Of a stretch of 64,000 bases of DNA, positions 52,636-62,944 are shown in pieces (position 1 is the stretch's first letter; every line of letters starts with the position of its first letter). The DNA is from an uncultured Planctomycetaceae bacterium (GTDB lineage Bacteria; Planctomycetota; Planctomycetia; Planctomycetales; Planctomycetaceae), in NCBI GenBank assembly GCA_963815195.1, contig CAWFGE010000023.1:96001-160000 (forward strand), given 5' to 3'. The notes beneath the pieces are model-generated. The model did not search any database, was not told the DNA's origin, and saw nothing but the letters and a program-made list of their open reading frames with translations. Made by a program: the position numbers and the translations under genes.

Positions 52636-53913
52636 ATGAGGAAGTTCTACAGGCATTCTCTGCTTTTGGCGGCGGCCGGAATCTTAGGTTTTTGCGGCTC
52701 TCCCCTCGGGGCCCAAACTTCGCCGGCTTCGATCAGTGAAGAACCCGCGGCTTTACCGGAAACGTTCAGCGGCGACGCGGGTGCGGGCGGACCGGCGGTT
52801 TGGCTCAGCCAGGTTCCGCCCGGCATCGAAACCCCCGCCCCGGAGAATTCCGCCGCGGACGTTCCTGCGGACGATTGGAGGAACGCACCGCCGCCGCCCG
52901 TCGCCGTGCCCCTGACGCCGAGTTGCCCGCCGCAGATCCCGATGAATTGGGTCAGCGAGGTCCCCGCGGGGCGAGGATATTTTGCCGAGGTGGACGCGAT
53001 CTGGCTGAAGCGGAATCCCTCGAAGAGCACGGTTCTCGCGACGCTCAATTCACCCGGGCATCCCGGCCGGCCGCAACTCATCGCCAGCGAAGACGTGAAT
53101 TTCGATTTTGAACCCGGCCTCCGCGTGCGGGCGGGCATGATGTTCAACCAATGCACGCAGCTCGAAGCCGTGTATTTCGGCGTCAACAACATGAACGGCA
53201 ACCCCGCCACCTTGAACCGGCTGCCCGGCCCCTTTGCATTGAACTCCATCTACACCGTTCTGAACAACACGCCTCTGCAATATCGCGCCGACGGCCAAAC
53301 CGAACTGCAAAGCGGGGAACTGAACCTTCGCCGGCGCAGCGGCAACGGCTACCTTTCCACTTCGGCCTTGGTCGGGTTTCGCTATCTCTACATCCAAGAC
53401 AAGCTGCGGCTGGACACCTTCGGCCCTCCGCCCACCGGCGGCCCGCTCGCCTACGAAACCACCTTGGCCAACGTGCGGAACAACATGTTCGGCCTCCAAG
53501 TCGGCGGCGACGTGAGCTACAACTGCAACCGCTGGCAACTGACCGGGAACGCGAAGGGCCTCTTGTATGCCAACTTCTACGACTCGATCGCCCAGAACGT
53601 GGTCAGCGATCCGTCCGGATATTTCCTCAAGGGCCCGACTTACCGAAACTCCAGCGATGAAGACAAACTCGCGACGCCGGGCGTCGGAGCCCAGGTGGGC
53701 CTGGACGCGGCGTTCGCCCTCACGCAAAACATCGTCCTCCGCGGAGGCTATCAACTGCTCGTGCTTTCGAACGTCGCGATCGGGTCGGAGCAGCTTCCCC
53801 AAGTCCGCCGCTCTCCCGCGCTCGGAGCCCGCATCACCAACCCCCACCGCGAACGGGAACTCAACAGCCTGCTATTCCACGGCCCCTCGGCCGGACTGGA
53901 GATTCGCTGGTAA
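52636..53913 (+). CDS. BBP7-type outer-membrane beta-barrel protein
   Basis: Signal peptide, Pro-rich linker, F.PG.R, SGELN, GFRY, NNMFG.Q.G, C-terminal HGPSAGLEIRW beta-signal. Confidence 0.8.
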   Translation: MRKFYRHSLLLAAAGILGFCGSPLGAQTSPASISEEPAALPETFSGDAGAGGPAVWLSQVPPGIETPAPENSAADVPADDWRNAPPPPVAVPLTPSCPPQIPMNWVSEVPAGRGYFAEVDAIWLKRNPSKSTVLATLNSPGHPGRPQLIASEDVNFDFEPGLRVRAGMMFNQCTQLEAVYFGVNNMNGNPATLNRLPGPFALNSIYTVLNNTPLQYRADGQTELQSGELNLRRRSGNGYLSTSALVGFRYLYIQDKLRLDTFGPPPTGGPLAYETTLANVRNNMFGLQVGGDVSYNCNRWQLTGNAKGLLYANFYDSIAQNVVSDPSGYFLKGPTYRNSSDEDKLATPGVGAQVGLDAAFALTQNIVLRGGYQLLVLSNVAIGSEQLPQVRRSPALGARITNPHRERELNSLLFHGPSAGLEIRW

Positions 53914-54790
53914 GGCTTCCGGGTTCGGTCGTTATCGGTTTTTGCCGGGGCAAAAAAGACAGGCCCATTGTCCAGGGATCCTCCTCCGCAACCGGCGTGG
54001 GAGCGTATTCGATCGTGAGGATCAGATCCGCACCGGACGGAATGCGTTGGGCGGCGTCTCGGGGCGATGCCCCGGCGGGTCGGTCTTTGATCCATTCCGC
54101 CAGGATGAGCTCGGGCGCAATGCGGGTTTCTCCGGAAACCGGGAAACCGGGCAGGCGGGTCTGTTGATCTTTGGCCCGTGCCTGACCGGTGGCGTCGTAG
54201 GATAAAACCATCCGCTTGACGAGCCTGCCTTGGCCGGGCTTCAATTCCACGCCCGTCAAAAACAGGTCCTGTTGGACGCCAGTGGGAATCACGAAATTCC
54301 ACGTGACGCCGGTTTCCGAGACCGGAACCTGGAACGGCGTCGGCAATCGATACAGGACCGTGGGTGGTTCGACTTTCCGGGGGACGGTCGGCGGAGCCGC
54401 CGGCTGTTGGGAGATGGCGTCTCGGTCATCGGAAATCTCACGCAGAGCGGACGGCGCGGTGACGGCACGAACTTCAGCGACCTCAACCTCCGCCGTCTGT
54501 TTCGGGGACGGACCTGATGAAATGCGCCGATGCTCGTGAGCCGGATGGGGCATCTGCGCCGCCGCCTGTTCGATCTCGGCTGGTTTCGCCTCGGCTTCGC
54601 TGGAACGCCGGACTTCGAACGGCATCGGGGCGGGCATCGCCGCCAGCACGCCCGACTCGGGTTGGCGAATTTCGATGGGGATCCAGGGCTGGTGAATGAG
54701 GCCCGCCAACACGGCTCCCAATGCCACGATCCCCACGAGGATTCTGCACGCCAACGGATTGAGTGCTCCGCGATTCCAGGCCGATTGCAT
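53861..54790 (-). CDS. Membrane-anchored protein with a degenerate copper type II monooxygenase (PHM-like) N-domain
   Basis: TM segment, Pro/Ala linker, then NFVIPTG...VELKPG..V...IPSGADLIL.I.Y.P....D....GL.F. The expected His ligands are absent. Confidence 0.55.
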   Translation of the reverse strand: MQSAWNRGALNPLACRILVGIVALGAVLAGLIHQPWIPIEIRQPESGVLAAMPAPMPFEVRRSSEAEAKPAEIEQAAAQMPHPAHEHRRISSGPSPKQTAEVEVAEVRAVTAPSALREISDDRDAISQQPAAPPTVPRKVEPPTVLYRLPTPFQVPVSETGVTWNFVIPTGVQQDLFLTGVELKPGQGRLVKRMVLSYDATGQARAKDQQTRLPGFPVSGETRIAPELILAEWIKDRPAGASPRDAAQRIPSGADLILTIEYAPTPVAEEDPWTMGLSFLPRQKPITTEPGSLTSESPVRPRGRGIAGC

Positions 54791-55209
54791 CGAGCCGCTC
54801 CATCGATCATCCGCCCCCTCCGCATCACCAGCGGGGGGAATCTAGCAGATCATCCGCAATCCGGCTAGAAAGATTTCCCATCATGGAACGTCGAAGTTTA
54901 GCTCAGTTCAATTAGCCTGTGAGTGTTTCTTATTCCATCCGTTGCCCGCGATTTTGACGATCGAACTGACTGTTTCTCGGATGGGGTCTTCCGCGCAGTT
55001 GTCGACGAGACTGCAGGCGGTGCGTGCGCCGGCATTCTGCCAACGTGCGGCGCTCCAGCGGTCGCCGAGGTCTGCAGCTTGCTTGAGTTCACCATTTCGT
55101 TTCCCGTTGAAGGCCCCGCTTTTTTCCACTCGTACTCGTCGCCATCGAGTAGCGGATGCCGCCTTTTGCGTGGGGCCGAAGACTTTGAGACCATCATAAG
55201 CTTTGGGTT

Positions 55210-56106
55210 TTAGGATCCGCTGCCGGCGGCCGACTCGATCCGAATTTGCCGGATATGCTCCGGCGTCGTGCCGCAGCAGCCGCCGATGAGTTTCGCTCCC
55301 TGGTTTCGCCAGCGGAGAGCTTCGCGGGCGTAGATTTCGGGTTGTTCCAAGGGCGTGGACACCCAACCGCAGGTTGTATCGTAATAGCCCACATTGGCGT
55401 AAACGCCAATGGGGGTTTCGGGGAGGAGCGACCTGAGTTCCGCGAGGGATTTCGGCACCGCGGACGCCGGCAGGCAGTTCACCAGGACGGCGGCGGGATG
55501 AAATGGCTTTACGGCACTTACGGCTTCGTTCAAAGACTCGCCCGAAAGCAACCGGCCGTCCAAACCGCAGACGAAGCTCACGAACACCGGCAAGCCCGTT
55601 TCCGCGGCGGCGGCGGTCGCGGCGGCGGCTTCGCGGATGGTGTTCTGCGTTTCCACGAGAATCAAATCCACTTTCGCGGCGGCGAGATTTTGCGCCATCT
55701 CGCGGTGTTCGCGAATGAGCGTTTTCTCAATTGGCACATCCTGCGGGCGGTAGCAATCTTCGAGCGGAGCCTCTGAACCGGCGATCCACACGGAATGATC
55801 CGCCCCCTCCGCGGCTTCTCGGGCCAACTGCACCGCTTGGAGGGTGAGATCCCGAGCACGATTTCCCAGTCCTGCGGCTTCGAGATTCCGCCGATGGGTG
55901 CGGAAGGTGTTTGCGGTGAGAATCTCCGCCCCGGCGTTCGCGTAATCCCGGTGGATTTGCCGCACCAACTCCGGCTGCTTGAAAATCGCGGCGGCGGACC
56001 ACAATTCCGAATCCACCGAGAATCCCTGGCGGGCGAGTTCGGTGCCGAACGCCCCGTCCAGCAAGATGACGTTTTCCTCCGCCAACCGCTCCCGGATGGT
56101 CTTCAA
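55210..56106 (-). CDS. Homocysteine S-methyltransferase family protein
   Basis: LLDGAFGTEL, IHRDYANAGA..LTANTF, ET, VNC, YAN, IGGCCGTTPEHI. Confidence 0.92.
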   Translation of the reverse strand: MKTIRERLAEENVILLDGAFGTELARQGFSVDSELWSAAAIFKQPELVRQIHRDYANAGAEILTANTFRTHRRNLEAAGLGNRARDLTLQAVQLAREAAEGADHSVWIAGSEAPLEDCYRPQDVPIEKTLIREHREMAQNLAAAKVDLILVETQNTIREAAAATAAAAETGLPVFVSFVCGLDGRLLSGESLNEAVSAVKPFHPAAVLVNCLPASAVPKSLAELRSLLPETPIGVYANVGYYDTTCGWVSTPLEQPEIYAREALRWRNQGAKLIGGCCGTTPEHIRQIRIESAAGSGS

Positions 56107-56123
56107 AACGGCCTCCCGGTCGA

Positions 56124-57732
56124 TCAGTCGGAATCGTAGTCGTTGGACCGAGACCTGAGCCGGCGGTCGATGATGTCGACATATCGGCCCAACTCGCTCA
56201 GGTAATCGAACTTCCGCGACTTGAGTTCGTCGAGCAATTCGTCGATGCGCTCGTCGGGCTCGCCTCGCAAGTCGGCCAGTACGATCTGCCCGGCGAGGGC
56301 TTTGGTGCGGTATTCCGTTTCGAGCTGGCCGCCTTTGAGCTGGCTCATGTCGTCGAAAACCCGCTCCGCCTGATCCAACTGGTGCTTCCGCAGGTACAAC
56401 AGGCCCAACTGCTCCATCGCTTTGTAGCGGTATTCTTTGTCGGCGGGTTCACGAAAGCGGTCGATGACGGCTTTCCAGGCATCCTCGTCTTCGGAAAACC
56501 CTTGGACGGCCAGCTTGTATTGCTCGAGGGCGGTGCGTTTGGAGGGAATCGGCGATTCGGTCCGCGCGGGCGTTTCGAGAGGATTCCGCCGGCCGCATCC
56601 ACCAACCAAAACTCGCCGATGCGACGGCAATCACCAGGCAGGCCGCGACATAGACAGCGATCTTGCGGCGGGTGCTCCACGCGGCAAACCGGGCGAGCCA
56701 ATTCGGTCTCTCGTCGAGTTCGTCCACGTCCACATCGAAGCCCGACAGATACAGCGTGGCCGGGTCGATCTCCTGTTTGAGCGCGGTTTGAATCTGCTTG
56801 ATGTCCTTGAGCGCGGCTGCCGCGTCGGGATACCGCTTTTCGGGGTCCTTCGCCATCATCTTATGAACGATCTGACAAAGCGCCGGCGGCAAGTCGGGCC
56901 GGCGCTTGCGGAGCCGCGGCGGCCTGGTGTTTAAGTGCTGGACCGCGACGGCCATTGCGGATTCACCGTGAAAGGGAGGTTCGCCCGCGAGCATGTGAAA
57001 GCAGGTCACCCCGAACGAATACAAATCGCTCCGCTGGTCCAGCTTCTGGCCGTGCACCTGTTCGGGGCTCATGTATAAGGGCGTACCCATCGTGGTGCCG
57101 ACCTGCGTCAGTTCCAGGGCCGACTTGTCCACGTCCGGCTGTGCGAGTTGGGCGAGTCCGAAGTCGGCGACTTTGACCACGCCCTTGTTGGTGATCAGGA
57201 TGTTCTCGGGCTTAATGTCCCGGTGCACGATGCCCGCTTTTCCGGCCCGGTCCAAGGCCTGTAGGACTTGCTTGATGAAATACAGCGCGAGGCTGGGCGT
57301 TGGGCGCGCCTTTGCGGCGGATGAACTCACGGAGGTTTAGACCTTTAATATATTCCTGGGCGATAAAGTGCAGGCCCTCGGCTTCCCCGACCACGAACAC
57401 CTGCACGATGTTGGGATGCGACAGGCTCGCCGCGGCGCGGGCCTCGCGCTCGAAGCGCTTCAAGAACACCTTGTTCGTTTTGAGCTCGGGCCTGAGCACC
57501 TTGATCGCGACCTTCCGGCTCAGCGAGGTCTGATCGGCCAGGTAGACCTCCGCCATCCCGCCGCGCCCAAGAGCCTGAGCAGGCGAAACTCGCCGAGCAT
57601 GCGGTTGGAGAGATCCTCATGCGGGACGATCGCCTCGTCCTCGGCGGACCAATGCTGCGTCGCATCCAGGCGGATTTCTTCGGCGGATCCGAGGGGGACA
57701 GATTTTTCAGTGTTTGCGTTCGCGTCGTTCAC
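56124..57732 (-). CDS. Hanks-type Ser/Thr protein kinase with TM and C-terminal TPR-like domain; 3 apparent frameshifts
   Basis: LG(R)[43 protein letters not shown], spread over ORFs 57520-57732, 57212-57556, 56449-57330 and 56124-56630. Confidence 0.88.
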
Positions 57733-57991
57733 AAGTCGGATCGCCGTTCGGAAGTGACATTCAATTCAAAATTGGAATCGCATCGCCCGTTCCTTTTGTA
57801 TCACCCTCTATCATAAGCACGAATGCCCGGCGGAGAAAGGTCCGGCGCGGCCGCTCGTTGACCATCGACTGCCGCTCCCTATAATCTGCCATAGGGCCGA
57901 CATCGGGGCGGTTTTCCCCCTTCCCCCCAAAATACCAGACGATCGGCCCGGCTTTTTCTCACTCCCCTTTTGGAACAATCGGCCTTTTCCC

Positions 57992-59433
57992 ATGACCGAC
58001 CGACCCAAAACGCTTCGTGAACTAAGGGACAGCGGCTACCGCAGCGTGCCCGTTAAAACGGAAATGCGGCGAAACCTGCTCAAAAAGCTCCGCCGTAACG
58101 AGCCGGTGTTCCCCGGCATCGTCGGGTACGAAGACACCGTGTTTCCCCAAGTGCAAAATGCGATTTTATCCCAGCACGATTTGCTGTTCTTGGGTCTCCG
58201 CGGACAGGGCAAGACGCGGATGCTCCGCATGCTGGTCAACCTTTTGGACGAGGCTCTGCCCATCGTCGCGGGGTCGGAAGTTCATGATGATCCTTTCGAG
58301 CCGCTCTCCAAATATGCGCGATCTGGTGGGCGTCAAAGGCGACGACACGCCAGTCGAATGGGTTGGCCGGGACGAGCGGTATCACGAAAAACTCGCCACC
58401 CCCGATGTGACCATCGCCGACTTGATCGGGGAAGTCGATCTCATCAAGCACGCCGAGGGCCGGCACCTGGCGAGCGAGGATGTGCTGCACTTCGGCCTGA
58501 TCCCGCGGTCCAACCGCGGCATTTTCTGCATGAACGAACTCCCGGATCTCAGCCCGAAAATCCAGGTCGGCCTGTTCAACGTGCTCGAAGAGCGGGACGT
58601 GCAGGTTCGCGGCTTTCCCATCCGGTTGAATCTCGATCTGTGCATGGTGTTCAGCGCAAACCCGGAAGATTACACGAACCGCGGCCGGCTGGTGACGCCG
58701 CTCAAAGACCGCATCGGGTCGGTGATCCGCACGCATTACCCGTTGACCCGCGAACTCGGGATGACGATCACCGAGGAAAACGCCTGGACCAACCGCCGGG
58801 CGGAGGCGAACGGCGAACCCGAGCCGGAAATCGTCGTGCCGGGCTTTATGAAGGAGATCGTCGAAGAGATTTCCCGCCTGGCCCGCACGAGCCCGCACGT
58901 CAACCAGGCCTCCGGCGTGAGCGTGCGGATGTCGATCGCCAACTACGAAAACATGCTCTCCAACGCGGAGCGGCGGGCGGTGCTTTCGGGCGAGGAATCG
59001 GCCGTCGCCCGCATCAGCGATCTGGCGTATCTCGCGGCGAGCCCGCGGGAAGATGGAACTCAACATGACCGAGGAAGCCGGCGAAGAGGACCGCCTCTGC
59101 GATCGCCTGATCGAAGAAGCCGTCAAAACCGTCTTCGATCAGCATTTCAAGACCAAGCAGTTTCGAAATGTGGTCGATTATTTCGAGACGGGCAACACCT
59201 TCGAGGTGGGCGACAAACTGTCCACGGCGGAACTTTTGGCCCACGCGGATGCGGTTCCCGGTTTCAGCCGGCAAATTGCCGAAGCCGCCGCGCAGTTGGA
59301 ACCCGACCTGTCGCGAAGCCCCTCCGCCCCGGGCTTGCAAGCCGCGGTTGCGGAGTTCCTCCTGGAAGGCCTGCACACCAACAACCGCCTTAACAAAAAA
59401 CCGGTGGGCGGCCGCATGCGGTATGGGCTCTGA
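57992..59433 (+). CDS. Mg-chelatase subunit I-like AAA+ ATPase; 2 apparent frameshifts (~58320, ~59042)
   Basis: GIVGYEDTV, GLRGQGKT Walker A, EKLATPD, NELPDL, SANPEDYTNRG, THYP, SGVSVR, EFLLEGLH. Confidence 0.88.
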
Positions 59434-59587
59434 GAAGTTGAGCCATCCCTATCTATCGCGCCAAGGAGCCGCGCACGAAGTAAGCGGCCCATGACATTCC
59501 GCTTACTGCGTGCGCGGCTCTTTGGGTCGTCGCGTTTTTGGCTTCATCTTGACAGGATAGACGATTTAACGAAGATGCGGTGGTTTC

Positions 59588-59651
59588 TGAGCGGCTGGGC
59601 GCTAGCCGCCGGTTCCGCACGTAAAACCGCCAACTAACGCCCAACGGCTCA
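59588..59651. repeat. REP-like inverted pair (right arm degenerate)
   Basis: tgagcggctgggcgctagccgccggtt ... aaccgccaactaacgcccaacggctca. Confidence 0.6.
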
Positions 59652-59687
59652 CAAGAATCTGTCCCTGCACGGATGCAAGGCCCGCTG

Positions 59688-61745
59688 ATGACAACACCGT
59701 CCGCTCCCCCGTCCGAGGCCCCGTCGCGGCCGGCGATTGAAGTCCCCAAAGCGACCGCGAAACCCGACGCCGCCGCGTTTCAAACCGCCGCCCGCGACAT
59801 CGAAAACCTGGCGGCTTCCAACATTGCCGAGAACCAGTTTTTCGAGCGGTTTCTCAGCCGATTGGCGGAGTCGACGCAAGCGGCGGCCGGGGCGGTGTGG
59901 CTCTTGGATCCGCATGGCCGCGTGGGTTTGATGAGCGATCTTCGCCTCGAGGACATCGGCCTGAAAGAAGCCGCCGACAACCAGCGGACCAACCTGGGCC
60001 TCGTGGTCGAAGTGCTCCAATCCACACAGGCCACGATCCACGTGCCCGGCGAAACCGGCGGGAAACCGCTCCCCGCCGAATTGGTGCTGCTTTTGGTGCC
60101 GATTCTGTTCCGCGAGCAGGCGATCGGCGTCGTCGAATTGTTTTTGCCGACCGATTCGCCGCCGGAGTTTCGGCTGGAGTTTTTGCAGTTCACCGAGGAA
60201 ATGGCGGCGCTCGCCGCGCGGTATCTTCACTGGCGGGAAGAAGCCGCCTCGCCTGCGAACCATCTGGAATTTTGGAACCGCTTCGAGCAGTTCACCGCGG
60301 CGCTCCACCGCAGTTTGCATCCCCGCGAAGTCGCGGCCACGGCGGTGAACGACGGCCGGCAGCTCTTGGGCTGTGACCGCGTGAGCCTCGCCGTCCGCAA
60401 AGGCTCGCGGGCGGAGATTATCTCCATCAGCGGCCACGACCGCGTGCAGAAGCGCTCGAATCTCGTGCGGATGATGCGGAATCTCTCCACGCGGGTGCTC
60501 CGGGCCGGCCAATCGGTGACGTACGCGGGCAGCCTCCAGGATGTCCCGCCGCCGCTCGAGAAACCGCTGACGGATTACATCCAGGAAAGCGGTTCGCGGA
60601 TGGTGCATCTCGTACCGCTCAAAGAGCCGCCGCCGTTCATGCCGCCCAAGCAAAAACCCCGAGAGGCCAAACCCGCGCGGACCTTGGGCGTGTTGATCGT
60701 TGAAAAAACCGACGAAAGCTGGCTCACCCCGTTGCTGGCCGAGCGCTCGGAAATGGTCGCGGAGCACGTGGCGACGGCCCTCTCGAACGCCCGCGCACAC
60801 CACGAGATTTTTCTGCTCCCGTTCTGGCAGTGGCTGGGGCGGGGGTGCGGATTGCTTCAAGGGCGGACGTTTTTGAAATTCCTCGGCGGCCTCGTGCTCG
60901 TCTTGGGGATCGTCGCCGGGCTGCTCCTGGTTCCCGCGCCGTACCGCGTGGAAGGCAAAGGCAAATTGATGCCCGTCAACCAGAAGGAAGTGTTCGCTCC
61001 CTGGGACGGCGAAGTCGTCGCGGTGTACGTGAAAAGCGGGCAGGTGGTCGAACCGGGACAGCCGTTGGTCAAGCTGCAAAATGTCGATCTGGAGACGGAA
61101 CTCTTGGATTCCCAAAACCGCTGGGAGGAAAAACGGCAGCTCCTAAAAACGCTGGAATCTTCGATCGCCGCCTCCGCCGCCAAGTTCGACCGGGCCGAGG
61201 AAATCCGCCTGCGGGGGCGATACGTGCAAACGCAGATCGAGATTGCGGGCCTCAAAGCCCGCATCGATCGCATCGGCCGGCAAATCGCGCTGCTCACGGT
61301 GAAGGCCCCCATCGCGGGCACGGTCGCGACCTTCCAGGTCGAGCAGCAACTTTTGCACCGCCCGGTCACGCGGGGGGAACGGCTCATTGACATCATGGAT
61401 GAAAAAGGCGATTGGCATCTGGAACTCGATCTCCCTGAAATCCGCTTGGGGCATCTCCTCGACGCTCAATTCAAATCCGATAAGGAAAACCTGCCGGTGG
61501 ATTTCGTGCTCGCGACCAAGCCGGAGGACACCTTCAGCGGCCGCCTCAAGCGCACCGCCTCCCGCACCGATGTCTCCGTGGAAGAGGGCTCGATCGTCAA
61601 AGTCGAAGTGGCCCTCGAAAAAAGCCAACTCCCCACCCGCCGAATCGGGTCCGAGGTCCAAGGCAAAATCCACTGCGGCGAGAAGAGCCTGTTTTACGTG
61701 CTCTTCGGCGATGTGGTCGAGTTCGTGCAGCGGCGGATATGGTGA
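59688..61745 (+). CDS. GAF-domain + HlyD/RND periplasmic adaptor (membrane-fusion) protein
   Basis: N-terminal GAF-like regions (NDGRQLLGCDRVS), TM, VFAPWDG.V...V..GQ.V, coiled coil, APIAG.V. Confidence 0.85.
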   Translation: MTTPSAPPSEAPSRPAIEVPKATAKPDAAAFQTAARDIENLAASNIAENQFFERFLSRLAESTQAAAGAVWLLDPHGRVGLMSDLRLEDIGLKEAADNQRTNLGLVVEVLQSTQATIHVPGETGGKPLPAELVLLLVPILFREQAIGVVELFLPTDSPPEFRLEFLQFTEEMAALAARYLHWREEAASPANHLEFWNRFEQFTAALHRSLHPREVAATAVNDGRQLLGCDRVSLAVRKGSRAEIISISGHDRVQKRSNLVRMMRNLSTRVLRAGQSVTYAGSLQDVPPPLEKPLTDYIQESGSRMVHLVPLKEPPPFMPPKQKPREAKPARTLGVLIVEKTDESWLTPLLAERSEMVAEHVATALSNARAHHEIFLLPFWQWLGRGCGLLQGRTFLKFLGGLVLVLGIVAGLLLVPAPYRVEGKGKLMPVNQKEVFAPWDGEVVAVYVKSGQVVEPGQPLVKLQNVDLETELLDSQNRWEEKRQLLKTLESSIAASAAKFDRAEEIRLRGRYVQTQIEIAGLKARIDRIGRQIALLTVKAPIAGTVATFQVEQQLLHRPVTRGERLIDIMDEKGDWHLELDLPEIRLGHLLDAQFKSDKENLPVDFVLATKPEDTFSGRLKRTASRTDVSVEEGSIVKVEVALEKSQLPTRRIGSEVQGKIHCGEKSLFYVLFGDVVEFVQRRIW

Positions 61746-61890
61746 TCGGAAACGCGACTTCCGCAGGCTACGCCAAGCCGCAGGGGATTCCGTTTTCCAT
61801 CCGCCATTTTCCATCCTCTCTTCCCTCGGGCAGGCGATGGGTTATGATTGAGAGACATGACCCGAATCGCTTACCTTGGGGAAGACGACC

Positions 61891-62877
61891 ATGAAGACCA
61901 TCTCCCGAAGCGTTCTGTTGCTGTTGTTCGTCGGCGGCTTGTGGCTGGCGGGGAGGCCTCGGTCGTTCGCGGAGGACGGCCCCGCCGTCGCCGCCAAGCC
62001 GGTTCCAAAACCCGCGTTGACGCCGGGGCAAATCGCAAAGCTGGTGGAGGATTTGGGTTCCGAGACGTTCGCCGTCCGCGAAACCGCCACGCGCGCGCTT
62101 TCGAAGGCGGGGCCCGCGGTGATTGCTCCGGTGGCGAAGGCCGCGCAAACGGGGGATTTGGAAACGAACCTGCGGGCGATGCGGATTCTGGAATCGCATT
62201 ACACCCAGGGATCGCTGGAAGAGTACGAAGCGGCCGAAGCCGTGCTCGAGACGCTTAGCCAATCGGAGAAAACCTCCTTGTCGTCCCGGGCGGAAGCGGT
62301 GCTGGGTTCGATGAGCCAAGTCCGCGAGGAGCGGGCGATTGCGGCGCTGCGGAAACTCCACGGCATCGTGAAATCCGACGCTGTGCAGTTCGGCTTAACG
62401 CCCGCCCCCTTGCCGGCGGGACAGGAACTCATCACCACCGTGATCCTCAACAAAAAATGGAAAGGCCAGGAGCAGGGCCTTAAGTACCTCGAACGGCTGC
62501 GCTTTTTGCAGACGTTGTACGTCGTGGAAGGCGTGCTTCCGGACGAAACCCTCCAGCGGCTCCAAGCCAAAATGCCCGGCCTCAATGTGGCGCTTCGCGG
62601 CGGCGCCTGTTTGGGCGTGGGAGGATTGACCCACCCGGAAGGCTGCGAAGTTTCGCTGATCAAGCCCGAGTCCGCCGCGGACAAAGCCGGGCTCCAAGAG
62701 CGGGATTTGATCCTCGCCTTTGACGGAAAACGCGGCGAAAAAGAAGACGAGCCGTTGAGCTTTCCGCGGCTGATCGAGCTGATTAAAGAACACGACGCCG
62801 GCGACAAGGTGCCGCTGGTCGTCCGCCGCGGCGGCCGGGAATTTCGGGTGGATGTCGTTCTCGACGAATGGAAATAA
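61891..62877 (+). CDS. Secreted protein with N-terminal HEAT-like motif and C-terminal PDZ domain
   Basis: Signal peptide, LGSETFAVRETA, then CLGV...SAADKAGLQERDLILAFDG...GDKV..V.RGG. Confidence 0.82.
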   Translation: MKTISRSVLLLLFVGGLWLAGRPRSFAEDGPAVAAKPVPKPALTPGQIAKLVEDLGSETFAVRETATRALSKAGPAVIAPVAKAAQTGDLETNLRAMRILESHYTQGSLEEYEAAEAVLETLSQSEKTSLSSRAEAVLGSMSQVREERAIAALRKLHGIVKSDAVQFGLTPAPLPAGQELITTVILNKKWKGQEQGLKYLERLRFLQTLYVVEGVLPDETLQRLQAKMPGLNVALRGGACLGVGGLTHPEGCEVSLIKPESAADKAGLQERDLILAFDGKRGEKEDEPLSFPRLIELIKEHDAGDKVPLVVRRGGREFRVDVVLDEWK

Positions 62878-62944
62878 CCCGAGCAAGCTCCAAACGTTTG
62901 GCCGCCTGCCGTCCGATTCGCAAGCAGAAAAAAGGACCGTCAGG

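Noticed and set aside
54898..55199. Short ORFs on both strands between the PHM-like gene and the methyltransferase
   Set aside because: No frame is clearly coding, so I cannot choose or support one.
57992..59433. Chlorophyll/cobalamin chelatase function
   Set aside because: No chelatase H/D or tetrapyrrole genes are nearby; it is more likely a generic AAA+ whose vWA partner is encoded elsewhere.
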